This document shows, one piece after another, positions 25,196 to 33,939 of a stretch of 57,653 nucleotides of DNA. Where the stretch lies: positions 1-57,653 of IMG/VR virus record IMGVR_UViG_3300037478_000323, one strand, 5' to 3'. The number at the start of each line of letters is the position of its first letter. Within the stretch, counting starts at the first letter, position 1. The notes under the pieces were generated by a model. That model saw only the letters and a program-made list of their open reading frames with translations, did no database searches and was not told the DNA's origin. The translations under genes were made by a program, and so were the position numbers. Origin of the DNA: a virus. Lineage: Duplodnaviria; Caudoviricetes.

Positions 25196-26494
25196 ATGAC
25201 GCTCGACCCCGCCCGCTTCGTCGCCTTCGACACGGAGACGCACCTAATCCAGCCCGGACTAGCCTCGCCGCCGCTGGTCTGCGGTTCGGTCGCGGTTCTA
25301 TCCGAAGGGAAGATCCAGGGCACGATTCTGAATCGAGATGACACGCTCGATGTTTTCAAACGACTCATCGCGTCAGACAGGATTCTGGTGGGCGCCAACA
25401 TTCCCTATGATCTTCTGGTCTGCGCCTACGAGTGGAATCAGAGAGGATACGACGCGGTAACTCCGATCTTCGCCAAGCTCGACCGGGGCGAAGTCTGGGA
25501 CATCCAGCTAGGAGAGGCGCTCCACGCCATCGCCGAAGGGCATCTCGGACGTAGCCCCGACGGCGGGCCGTTGATCAACCCCGACACCGGCAAGCAAACA
25601 ACGCGGTACAGCCTCGCCACGTGCGTGGAGCTCGTGCTGGGGCGAACCAACGCCAAGGCAAACGACCGCTGGCGGAAGTCTTACGCGCTGCTCGAGGACA
25701 TCCCGATCGAGGAGTGGCCGGCAGACGCCCGTATCTACCCGATCGACGACGCCGTCAACACCCTCGAGGTCGCTCTCGCTCAGCACGGTCTGTGGCCCCG
25801 TGGCGATGGAACGAAGTGGGAGAGCCGCAATCTCCACGACCAGAGCCGGCAGGTCTACGCGGCGTTCTGCATGACGCTAGGGGCTGCCTGGGGGTTTGCC
25901 ATCGACGGCGAGGCGGTCGACGAGCTCGAGCGCGAGGTGACCGAGGAGCGAGCGAAGAACCTGGAGATGTTCATCTCCGCCGGTTTCTTCAAGCTTAAAG
26001 ACGGTCGGCCGGAAGTCTCGGCGAAGACCGGGGCGGAGAAGAAAAACACCGTCCTGATCAAGTCGATGCTGGCTCGCGCCTACGGCTGCACTGGTGAGTG
26101 CGTGACGTGCGGAGGCTGCGGACAGGTTCCGGGGCAGACGAAGTGCAAGCCGTGCGGTGGTTCAGGACGAACCGATGACGCTTGGGAACCGCCGCCGGGG
26201 GTGACTTACACCCCGAGCACGGCTGCACCAGAGGATGTCGCCTGTGTGTCCTGCAATGGAGTCGGCAAGGTCGACCACCCGAAGAATAAGAAGCACTGCC
26301 CGGGGTGCGGCGGCACGGGGATCGATCTGGATTCCGCTTCCGTTCCCCAGACGCCTACCGGCGACGTCGCCGCGGGGCGAGACCCTCTATCCGAATCCGG
26401 CGACGAGATGCTGATGGCGTTCGCCGACTTCTCCGAGAAAGACAAATTGAGGACCACCTATATCCCATTCTTGAAATCGGGGCTCGATGCATGA
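25196..26494 (+). CDS. DNA polymerase family A, N-terminal half (3'-5' exonuclease + thumb with Zn finger)
   Basis: FDTET (ExoI), N..YD (ExoII), Y..DDA (ExoIII); G..ID thumb start; four CxxCxGxG. Confidence 0.85.
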   Translation: MTLDPARFVAFDTETHLIQPGLASPPLVCGSVAVLSEGKIQGTILNRDDTLDVFKRLIASDRILVGANIPYDLLVCAYEWNQRGYDAVTPIFAKLDRGEVWDIQLGEALHAIAEGHLGRSPDGGPLINPDTGKQTTRYSLATCVELVLGRTNAKANDRWRKSYALLEDIPIEEWPADARIYPIDDAVNTLEVALAQHGLWPRGDGTKWESRNLHDQSRQVYAAFCMTLGAAWGFAIDGEAVDELEREVTEERAKNLEMFISAGFFKLKDGRPEVSAKTGAEKKNTVLIKSMLARAYGCTGECVTCGGCGQVPGQTKCKPCGGSGRTDDAWEPPPGVTYTPSTAAPEDVACVSCNGVGKVDHPKNKKHCPGCGGTGIDLDSASVPQTPTGDVAAGRDPLSESGDEMLMAFADFSEKDKLRTTYIPFLKSGLDA

Positions 26495-26753
26495 GTGCGA
26501 CGAGTCCTGCTCCCTGCCCTCCGGCGAGTGTCTCCACGTGGTGATCGCAGTCAATGGTCCAATGCAGCTCTGGCAGATCGGCGCTCACTTCGGGGTGTCG
26601 AAGCAGCGGATTAAACAGATCCTTCTCGAGTGCTTGCCGAAGCTCAAGCGTGAGTTCTACAACCGTGGATTGTCCATCGAGGATTTTCTAAAGGAAGGCA
26701 ACGCTCGCCCCGCGGTCGCTGTCGGTCAGCGAACCTACGGACGGGAGCTCTGA
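26487..26753 (+). CDS. Small sigma70 region-4-like HTH protein between the polymerase halves
   Basis: L.QIG..FGVSKQRIKQI...L.KL motif; overlaps both flanking genes. Confidence 0.7.
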   Translation: MHECDESCSLPSGECLHVVIAVNGPMQLWQIGAHFGVSKQRIKQILLECLPKLKREFYNRGLSIEDFLKEGNARPAVAVGQRTYGREL

Positions 26754-27805
26754 TGCTAACGCTAAACCCTAACCCGCTCCTGGCAACGGGGCGATCGTCG
26801 TCCGGCACCGTCGGCACCCTGCCGCGTAAGGGCGGAGTCCGTCGCTGTTTCAAGGCTCGCGACGGTTACGACTTCTGGTCGGTTGACTGGGATGGCGTCG
26901 AGCTCATCACGCACGCGCAAAGCTGTATCTGGATCGTTGGCTGGTCCAAGATGGCCGACGCCCTGAACGGCGGGATCAAAGTCCACGACTCACTCGGGGC
27001 GCGGATCGCCGGGGTCACTTACGATGAGATGCTCGCCCGTGAGAAGGGCAGTTTCCTCGACGACTGCAGACAGGCCGCGAAGCCCCCCAACTTCATGTTC
27101 CCCGGCGGTGGCGGGGCAGTGACTCTGGTCCTGACCTACCGCTCCGACGGCTCAGGCTCGACTCGGTGTCCAAACGGTCCCATCGAGATCGACGACAAGG
27201 GCACGCGCGGATACAAGGGGATCCGGTTCTGCGTGCTGGTCGACGGCGCCGAGCGCTGCGGCGAAGAGATGGTCACGGAATGGGGTTACCGGGCTCGTGA
27301 GATCCCGCCGACCTGCCGCCGTTGCATCATCGTCGCCGAGAAGCTCCGCGGGGAGTGGCTCGCCGAGTGGCCAGAAAATAACCCATATCTTGACTACATC
27401 AGCGGTCTGAACGGCGAGATCGTCCAACATGTCTCTGACCGAATTCGCGGCGGGGTGGAATACTGCCAGGCCGCCAACGGTTATTTCCAGGGGCTGGCTG
27501 CCGACGCATTCAAAGACGCGACCTGCAGAATCTACAAGGAAGCGTTCACTGACCGGAAATCTCCGCTCTGGGGCTGCCGTCCGATCCTCTCGCAACATGA
27601 TGAATCCATCGGAGAAGCGCCGTCAGACCGCTCGTCAGAAGCCGCTCACAGGGTGTCAGAAATCATGGTGACGACGTTGCAGGAGTGGTGCCCAGACCTA
27701 GCGCCGGCGGTCAAGGCCGGCCCTGTTCTCATGACTCGGTGGGAGAAAGACGCCGCACCGGTCTACGACTCAGAAGGAAGGTTGATCCCGTGGGTTCCAA
27801 ACTGA
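26753..27805 (+). CDS. DNA polymerase family A, C-terminal half (palm/fingers)
   Basis: TGRSS, LPR..GVRRCF, DWDGVEL (A), RQAAK..NF (B), N..FQG.AAD, HDE (C). Confidence 0.88.
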   Translation: MLTLNPNPLLATGRSSSGTVGTLPRKGGVRRCFKARDGYDFWSVDWDGVELITHAQSCIWIVGWSKMADALNGGIKVHDSLGARIAGVTYDEMLAREKGSFLDDCRQAAKPPNFMFPGGGGAVTLVLTYRSDGSGSTRCPNGPIEIDDKGTRGYKGIRFCVLVDGAERCGEEMVTEWGYRAREIPPTCRRCIIVAEKLRGEWLAEWPENNPYLDYISGLNGEIVQHVSDRIRGGVEYCQAANGYFQGLAADAFKDATCRIYKEAFTDRKSPLWGCRPILSQHDESIGEAPSDRSSEAAHRVSEIMVTTLQEWCPDLAPAVKAGPVLMTRWEKDAAPVYDSEGRLIPWVPN

Positions 27806-28084
27806 TCAGAGAGTTTCTGACCGAAGCCGCCAAGTCCTGCGGCTGGTCGATTGGTACCGCCATCGGTGGGAAGGTCGACGCGGCGCTGGGGAAGTGGATC
27901 AAACGCCGTGAGAAAGCGGCGAAGAAAGCTCGCAAACGATGAATCTCCGAAGAGAAGTCGAGTCCCCCGAGTGCAAGGAGCTCGAGCGCGTGACCTTCCG
28001 GTCGCCGGCGGTCCGCGTACTCGAGAGCCCCACGGTGTTCGTCGGACTGGTCGCCGTCGCCACCCTGATCGTGTCGTGGCTGCT

Positions 28085-28576
28085 ATGACCGGCGCGAGTA
28101 AACCGGCGCCCTGCGGTCACCCGGGCGAGGTCGTGATCGGCTCCTACGTTCGCTGTCTGTCGGGCTGCGACGGTGCTGTGCCTCAGGCCGTCAACCGGGA
28201 GAAGACGGAGCCGGTCGCGCGGAAGCATGACTGGAACGGCACTTGGCCGCCTCGGTGCCGGGTATGTCATGTCAGCAATGGCGACCCCTACGCCACGAAG
28301 CCTTGCCCCGGAGATCCTCACTACCAGGTGTCGATCGATCCGGCGAAGTGCAAGCACCCGGCGAAGTTCTCGCACGGTGGAATGACTTTCTGCGTGCACT
28401 GCGGCGATCGGATCGTGCTGTCGCTGTCCGAGGCGATTCGTAGTCACATGCAGCTCGAGGGGCTCTGCCAGGTCGCTGGAAGGCTGGTCGACGACTTCGC
28501 CGAGTTCCCTGGCGATGGGATCGAAGAGGATGCGTGTTTCAACCCCGTCCCTTACAGGTTTCTTGAGGGCGTATGA
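28085..28576 (+). CDS. Cys/His-rich hypothetical protein
   Basis: Several CxxC and CxH pairs; ATGA-coupled to the methyltransferase. Confidence 0.5.
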   Translation: MTGASKPAPCGHPGEVVIGSYVRCLSGCDGAVPQAVNREKTEPVARKHDWNGTWPPRCRVCHVSNGDPYATKPCPGDPHYQVSIDPAKCKHPAKFSHGGMTFCVHCGDRIVLSLSEAIRSHMQLEGLCQVAGRLVDDFAEFPGDGIEEDACFNPVPYRFLEGV

Positions 28577-29718
28577 AACCGATCATTCACACCGATCGGG
28601 TCGTGCTCCTGAACGGCGACTCGGCTGACCTGGGGCTGCTCGACTGCGCCACCGTCGACGCGATTATTACAGACCCGCCTGCCGGCATAGGCTTCATGGG
28701 AAAAAAGTGGGACTCCGATCGTGGGGGACTGTTTGACTGGGTCGACTGGCTCGCCACGACGCTCGAGCCGGCATATCGAGCCCTGAAACCCGGGGGGCAC
28801 GGGTTCATCTGGGCATACCCTAAGACGTCATTCTGGACGGCGCTAGCGCTACACAAGCTCGGGCTAGAGATCCGCGACCGCTTCGGACATATCTACCTCA
28901 ACGGAAACCCCAAGGGTCTCAAGGTAGGGGAGATCGGTGAGCGTCGATGCACGCTGCTTAAGCCTGCGTGTGAAGACTGGTGGCTGGTCAGAAAACCGAT
29001 CGAAGGCACGATCGCCGAGAACTTCGAGAAGTACGGCACGGGGTATCTGAACCTCGATATCTGCCGCGTCGGTGAGCAGTCGCCCGGGCAGACCTGCAAG
29101 TATCTCAAGGCCGGCGAGCCCTGCAAGGGGCACCCGACGCACCGGAGTTCGGGCCGCACGTACCACGCCGATGCCGACCCAGTCGGAGACGATCTCGGCA
29201 AGTGGCCGGCGCATCTCGCCATCGACGTCGACGTGGAGCTTGGGTTCGATCAGACCAAATACCTGTACACCCCGAAGCCCTCACGCAAGGAGCGCGACCG
29301 GGGCTGTGATCACTTGAAGAGCAAGAGCGGTGGGGAGGCCACCGGGCGCAAAGACGGCAGCAAGGGGACGAAGAACCCCCGCGCCGGCGCCGGTCGCGGC
29401 GGCGACGTCAAGAACTTCCACCCGTCCGTCAAGAGCCTGGACCTCATGCGCTGGCTCATTCGGCTCATCACGCCGCCGGGCGGGGTGGTCCTGGATCCCT
29501 TCACCGGCTCGGGGTCGACCGGTGTCGCCGCGCTCGAGGAAGGCATGAGTTTCATCGGCTGCGAGCAGAGCGCGGAGTATTGCGAGATCGCCAAGGCGCG
29601 GATCGAGCACGTCATGGAAGACGACGCCTGGAACGCCCTGGCAGACGAATCGCTGTCCGAGCCCGGCGAGAACGTCCCTTGGGATGCCGTTCGCGCCGAG
29701 TTGGAGATGGGTGGATGA
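28573..29718 (+). CDS. DNA amino-methyltransferase (N4/N6, beta arrangement)
   Basis: TDPPA catalytic motif variant, HPSVK, VLDPFTGSGSTG SAM motif. Confidence 0.9.
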   Translation: MKPIIHTDRVVLLNGDSADLGLLDCATVDAIITDPPAGIGFMGKKWDSDRGGLFDWVDWLATTLEPAYRALKPGGHGFIWAYPKTSFWTALALHKLGLEIRDRFGHIYLNGNPKGLKVGEIGERRCTLLKPACEDWWLVRKPIEGTIAENFEKYGTGYLNLDICRVGEQSPGQTCKYLKAGEPCKGHPTHRSSGRTYHADADPVGDDLGKWPAHLAIDVDVELGFDQTKYLYTPKPSRKERDRGCDHLKSKSGGEATGRKDGSKGTKNPRAGAGRGGDVKNFHPSVKSLDLMRWLIRLITPPGGVVLDPFTGSGSTGVAALEEGMSFIGCEQSAEYCEIAKARIEHVMEDDAWNALADESLSEPGENVPWDAVRAELEMGG

Positions 29719-30068
29719 GCGACTTCTGGAAATCGATCTACGAGATCTCCGAGCAGCAAAGGCAGATGCCTGACGAGCTGAGAGCCCTCGCTGGAGTTCC
29801 CAAACAACAATTTCACTGGAGAGAACCTGTCATGAACCCCATCGATCCCTACGGCATCTTTGACACAGTCGGATTCTCATTCGAGACCGTGTCTCCGAAG
29901 CGCGTGCCTTGGAAGCCTGACTCGGAGCTTAAGGACGTCCTCAACAGCGCGATCGTCCGGTTCGGTCCCGGATCGCTGACGGCCGACGAGATCGGCGAGC
30001 TGTCCGACGATCTCTGGAACCTGATCGAAGAGCGCTGCAATGGCGGGACGGACGCGGCCGACGAGTGA
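29715..30068 (+). CDS. Hypothetical protein
   Basis: ATGA-coupled ORF. Confidence 0.5.
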   Translation: MSDFWKSIYEISEQQRQMPDELRALAGVPKQQFHWREPVMNPIDPYGIFDTVGFSFETVSPKRVPWKPDSELKDVLNSAIVRFGPGSLTADEIGELSDDLWNLIEERCNGGTDAADE

Positions 30069-30580
30069 TAGTCGCCCTCGATCCTTCGGTCCGTTCCTGT
30101 GGGGTGGCGACATTCGTCAGTCAGAGACTTGTCCACGTTGAGCGGGTTACTCTCCGGTCCACCGGGGACATCGCCGATCGCTGCCGGCAGATGGCACTGA
30201 AGATCGCCGACACGCTCCCCGCTGGCGTCGCCGAGCTTGTGACCGAGTGGCCGCAGATCTACCGCGGGGAGCAATCGAAGGTCCCGGCGAAGAGTATGCC
30301 GCCGATGGCCGGCGTGGGGGTCGCTGTAGGGGCTCTCATTGGCGCCACAATCACTTCCTACTTGCCCAAGACGTGGTCGAGCGGGATCCCCAAGGCGACG
30401 GAGGGAGACTGCAGAGAGAGTCCTAGGAGCCGGCGGATTCACTCCCGCCTCGATGGCGTCGAGCTCGAGCTCTGGGACCGGCTCAAGAAGAGCGATCACG
30501 ACGCCATCGACGCCATCGGGATTGGGCTGTTCCGCCTAGGTCGCTTGAAGCCGATCCGTGTCTTCGCGGGTGCCAAATGA
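30065..30580 (+). CDS. RuvC-like Holliday junction resolvase
   Basis: IVALDP...CG, VTE.P, P..W, HDAIDAIGIG. Confidence 0.75.
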   Translation: MIVALDPSVRSCGVATFVSQRLVHVERVTLRSTGDIADRCRQMALKIADTLPAGVAELVTEWPQIYRGEQSKVPAKSMPPMAGVGVAVGALIGATITSYLPKTWSSGIPKATEGDCRESPRSRRIHSRLDGVELELWDRLKKSDHDAIDAIGIGLFRLGRLKPIRVFAGAK

Positions 30581-30681
30581 CCAGCGGTTCGGCGCGGGTG
30601 TGGGTGATTTGTCCCCAGGATCCAGGAGCGGCGGATTAATCCGCTGAGCCGGGCATCTAGCTGATATATCAGCGATTTTAG

Positions 30682-30708
30682 GGAATTTGCCCGATGGTAT
30701 ACAACGTT
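30682..30708 (+). promoter_or_regulatory. ECF-type promoter
   Basis: GGAAT-N19-GTT upstream of ORF 30760. Confidence 0.55.
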
Positions 30709-30759
30709 TTTACCGGTACTGTGGGTCACACGAATAACCGCTAACGAGGACTTTACCCG

Positions 30760-30948
30760 ATGACTCGAGACGATCAAGAAATGTACATCTCCCTAGCCGC
30801 TCGCTTCGCCTGCGAGTTCATTCGCCAGGGCTCAAACGACTCCGACGCCATCGCCGATGACGCCGTTGACATCGCGATGGCGATCGTCAACAAGGTCGCC
30901 GAGCTCGACGTCACCGAGACCGCAGACGAAGATAGCGAAGCAGCTTAG
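30760..30948 (+). CDS. Small acidic protein
   Basis: GAGGA RBS. Confidence 0.55.
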   Translation: MTRDDQEMYISLAARFACEFIRQGSNDSDAIADDAVDIAMAIVNKVAELDVTETADEDSEAA

Positions 30949-31687
30949 ACACGCTCACGCCGAGATGATCGGCGACCTCGGTCTGAGTGTGACCCTTCTC
31001 GAGAAGCTCCCTAGCGCGTTTGACGTCGAAGACCTCGCCGCGATCTAGGTGTCGGCCCTTTTTCAGCCGAGTGCGCTTTCCAAGCTTCTCCCGTCCGGGG
31101 ATCTCCAGAGGTCGTCTCTGACCGGCCGGCGGGAGAAAGTAGCGCCCGCGCTCGAGCTTCACCAGCCCCTCACCCTCGAGGGTCTGCCGGCGGGAGTCCA
31201 CCTTTCCGGTGGTGGTCGCGCCGGTAAGTCTCATGACGTCTTTCTGCGTCCAAGGGTACTCTGACCAGAGTCGCCGTGCTGCGTCGAGCAGCTTCCGGCT
31301 GTCGCCGACGTGGACGCTCTTGTAGTCTGACTGAAGAGCCCCAGCGTCGATCGTTCCCGCCGGTCGGAAGAATCTCGGGGGGAGCTCGCCGAGCTTCAGA
31401 ACCAAACCCGACGCTACCAGGTGCTCACACGCCTCGAACACCGCCAGGGGAGCCGGAATCTCGGTGACCAGGTCCACGAAGGTGACTCCCTTGTCAGAAC
31501 TGGAGACGATCTCTAGCACGCGGTCATGCACCGGCGTGTCGGGCGAGTCAGGCACGCGGTTATAGCCGTTCGGCTCGAGCTCCTCGAACTTGTCAGAGAG
31601 CTCTCCGTACAGCTCGAGAGACTTCTCCTGCAGGCGCAGGGCGCGGTTGATAAGATTTGCCAGGTCGTCTCGGGTGACTTTCGACAT
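30911..31687 (-). CDS. Multi-HTH DNA-binding protein (regulator candidate)
   Basis: wHTH-like segments and C-terminal GHTQTEVADHLGVSVSKL HTH. Confidence 0.6.
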   Translation of the reverse strand: MSKVTRDDLANLINRALRLQEKSLELYGELSDKFEELEPNGYNRVPDSPDTPVHDRVLEIVSSSDKGVTFVDLVTEIPAPLAVFEACEHLVASGLVLKLGELPPRFFRPAGTIDAGALQSDYKSVHVGDSRKLLDAARRLWSEYPWTQKDVMRLTGATTTGKVDSRRQTLEGEGLVKLERGRYFLPPAGQRRPLEIPGREKLGKRTRLKKGRHLDRGEVFDVKRARELLEKGHTQTEVADHLGVSVSKLLRYLRLRSR

Positions 31688-31866
31688 GAGACGGGAATAA
31701 AGCAAAACCCGGGCCGAGAGTCGTATCAGCAATTTCAACAGGAAGTGAAATTCACCGGTGACTGATACTGAGACACTGGGTCAATCTGGTACGGTCAAAA
31801 GTCCCCAACGTCAACCAGCTTTCTGGCTCCCGCGTTCGCCGCCGGCCAGAATTCTGGCAAGGTGCG

Positions 31867-32448
31867 TTACGATGTCTCTGACAGCCCGTACTCCGCTCGG
31901 GCGTACTCCGCCAGGGCCTCACGAAGGAGCCGACGGCCGCGGAACAAGCGAGACATCACCGTCCCGATCGGGGCGCCGATCATCTCAGCAATCCGGCGGT
32001 AGCTCTCGCCCTGAATGTCGGCCAACACCACCACCGCCCAGTACGACATCGGCAGGTCGAGAAGCGCAGCCTGGACTTCGTCTGACAGGCCCTCGGGGAC
32101 GTCGGGATCGATCGCCTCATCGAGCTCACGCCGGAGACGATCCCTGGCGATCCGCCCTCTGGTCTCCGACCGCCAGTGCGTAATAAAGGAGTTCGTCAGA
32201 ATCCGGTGGAGCCAGGCCCTCACGTTGCGCCCGTCGAAGCGCTCCCAGGCACCAAACGCCCGGGTCAGGGTTTCCTGCAGAACGTCCTCTGCAACGGCGC
32301 GGTTGCGCGTGAGCTGCAGTGCCCGGGCGTAGAGCTCGCGGCGGTGCTCGAGAGCCACGCCGAAGCAGTCACACGCAAGGTGAGCCCTGCCCTGCCCGCA
32401 CCGACACAGGGAGACGTCGCCGGGGATGGTGTCGTGCTGGTAGCGCAT
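31867..32448 (-). CDS. ECF sigma factor, SigH/SigR-like
   Basis: Region 2 AEDVLQET..RA..AWLHRILTN; region 4 SY..IAEMIG.PIGTVMSRL.RGR. Confidence 0.92.
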   Translation of the reverse strand: MRYQHDTIPGDVSLCRCGQGRAHLACDCFGVALEHRRELYARALQLTRNRAVAEDVLQETLTRAFGAWERFDGRNVRAWLHRILTNSFITHWRSETRGRIARDRLRRELDEAIDPDVPEGLSDEVQAALLDLPMSYWAVVVLADIQGESYRRIAEMIGAPIGTVMSRLFRGRRLLREALAEYARAEYGLSETS

Positions 32449-33068
32449 CAGACCCTCATCGGCATGATGACGACGGTCAGGGAACCGCGGTCGGGGTGAT
32501 CGGTGTCGAGGCGAACGGGGTTGAGCTCCAACTCCGGTGTGCGAACGACAAAGCCTCGATCGACGCCGGTGGGCAGGAACGCCTTGCACGCTTTACCGGC
32601 TCGCTCGAGCTGCCAGCCTCCGAGCCCGACGAACGCCGCCGGTTTCTTGACGTGCTCACGCGGTGGGACGACCTGTCGCCATGGGGGGAAGTCCTGGACG
32701 TCGGCGCGGGGGTGTTTGGTGGTGTGGATCGTTTCATCTGACTTGACGTCGATCGTGATGTCGGCGCCGCTGCAGGTGATGTGGGTGAGCAGCCCTCGCT
32801 CCGCTTTCGCAGGCTTCACCTGGGCGATCGCGCGCTTGACCTGCTCGCCAGTCAGGAAGCCCCAGCCGTCGCTAGGGGCGCGCTCGCCGATGGGGCAAAC
32901 AAGCTGGACATGCGCCAGGGCGGCGCCGTCGGTGGCGATCAGATGGCAGTCGCCGTCGGCGAACTCGATACGAACGCCGCTCAGGTGCCTACGGGTCACA
33001 TCATTGCTCATGAAGGGTTGGACGGCGCGTAGGGCCGAATACAAAATCTCTCTCGTCGTGACGAACAT
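32448..33068 (-). CDS. DNA pol III beta-clamp-like protein (partial fold)
   Basis: S.D.TR..L.GV, IATDG..L, FP.W..V.P, VIMPMR motifs. Confidence 0.8.
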   Translation of the reverse strand: MFVTTREILYSALRAVQPFMSNDVTRRHLSGVRIEFADGDCHLIATDGAALAHVQLVCPIGERAPSDGWGFLTGEQVKRAIAQVKPAKAERGLLTHITCSGADITIDVKSDETIHTTKHPRADVQDFPPWRQVVPPREHVKKPAAFVGLGGWQLERAGKACKAFLPTGVDRGFVVRTPELELNPVRLDTDHPDRGSLTVVIMPMRV

Positions 33069-33232
33069 GTCAGAAACTTCTCCGGTGTGGGTTTTACGCC
33101 TGTCAGGTGAACCTGATACGCGGCGTCCTAAGCAACGTACGACAGCCCTACCGCCGTTTGCAAGGGTTTTCTGACCGTTTTCTTCGATTCCGAATAAAAT
33201 CGGTCCCTGGGTCGTTTTCTGACGGATTCCTC

Positions 33233-33270
33233 TTGCGCTCCCTGAATTGGTGGGTATACTGAGAATCATG
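33233..33270 (+). promoter_or_regulatory. Leaderless sigma70 promoter (repeat class)
   Basis: TTGCGC-16-TATACT-GAGAATC-ATG. Confidence 0.8.
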
Positions 33271-33507
33271 GACAACACGAACACCGCCGCCGGCGAGGCC
33301 CTCGACGCCACCGGCAACCTCTTCGACTTCTTCGCCGCTTTCGAGGCCGCGAAGACCCCCGAGACCCTCGCCGCCGAGGCCGCGGTTTTCGCCCTGGTGG
33401 ACGCCTTCACCGCCCTCGCCTTCATCGATCCCGACGGCGATGCATGCTTCTGCACCGATCTCCCGGTCGCCTGCATCCTGTGCGCCCCCGGGCCGCGGGG
33501 CTTCTAA
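33268..33507 (+). CDS. Small acidic early protein
   Basis: Starts at the promoter-proximal ATG; CxC..CxxC at the C-terminus. Confidence 0.65.
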   Translation: MDNTNTAAGEALDATGNLFDFFAAFEAAKTPETLAAEAAVFALVDAFTALAFIDPDGDACFCTDLPVACILCAPGPRGF

Positions 33508-33800
33508 TGCGCCGCCGGATTCCCTGCCCCGCTCGCCACTGCCCTGGCGTCGAGTCCCCGAGGGATCGCCGTCTGCGTGACAAGATCGCTCTCGAGTCCG
33601 GCGGGTCCAAGGGCTATCGACGGGGGTGCTGGTTGTGCATGGGCGAGGGTGTTCTGACGGGCTGGCTCCTTGAGGCGGTAGAGTCCGGCGGCGTCCAGAA
33701 AGCGGCTCTGGGGCTCCTAGAGCTCGATTGGATGGACGAGCGGACCTACGAAAGCGTGCTCACCGAAGAGAATTCTGACGATCCCCCTTGCGCTCCCTGA
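33507..33800 (+). CDS. Small zinc-binding hypothetical protein
   Basis: TAATG-coupled; C....C and CWLC.GEG. Confidence 0.5.
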   Translation: MRRRIPCPARHCPGVESPRDRRLRDKIALESGGSKGYRRGCWLCMGEGVLTGWLLEAVESGGVQKAALGLLELDWMDERTYESVLTEENSDDPPCAP

Positions 33801-33825
33801 ATTAGCAGGTATACTGAGAAACATG
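33788..33825 (+). promoter_or_regulatory. Leaderless sigma70 promoter (repeat class)
   Basis: TTGCGC-16-TATACT-GAGAAAC-ATG; near-identical to the copy at 33233. Confidence 0.8.
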
Positions 33826-33939
33826 GAAGCCGACGACAAACGCCACGAGACCGACGATGACTTCTGGGCCGCTGCTATCCTAGAGTGGAGCCCCGGCCCT
33901 ACCGACGACAAGACCCGTAACCTCAGGAGAACGAAATGA
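33823..33939 (+). CDS. 38-aa peptide (not in the ORF track)
   Basis: MEADDKRHETDDDFWAAAILEW...; ATGA overlap with the next gene. Confidence 0.55.
   Translation: MEADDKRHETDDDFWAAAILEWSPGPTDDKTRNLRRTK

Noticed and set aside
26495-26752. Group I/II intron, split intein or stop-codon readthrough in pol
   Set aside because: The interval is fully occupied by a coupled ORF; it has further in-frame stops (TAA, TGA); no intein or intron hallmarks were recognised. Not excluded without RT-PCR.
11525-27805. 2-aminoadenine (Z) genome pathway
   Set aside because: No adenylosuccinate-synthetase-like PurZ is visible; adenine-type methyltransferase motifs also argue against full A replacement.
28672-28683. 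Inactive methyltransferase because of DPPA instead of DPPY
   Set aside because: The rest of the gene is intact and I recall DPPA in this phage methylase subfamily; there is not enough evidence to call it a pseudogene.
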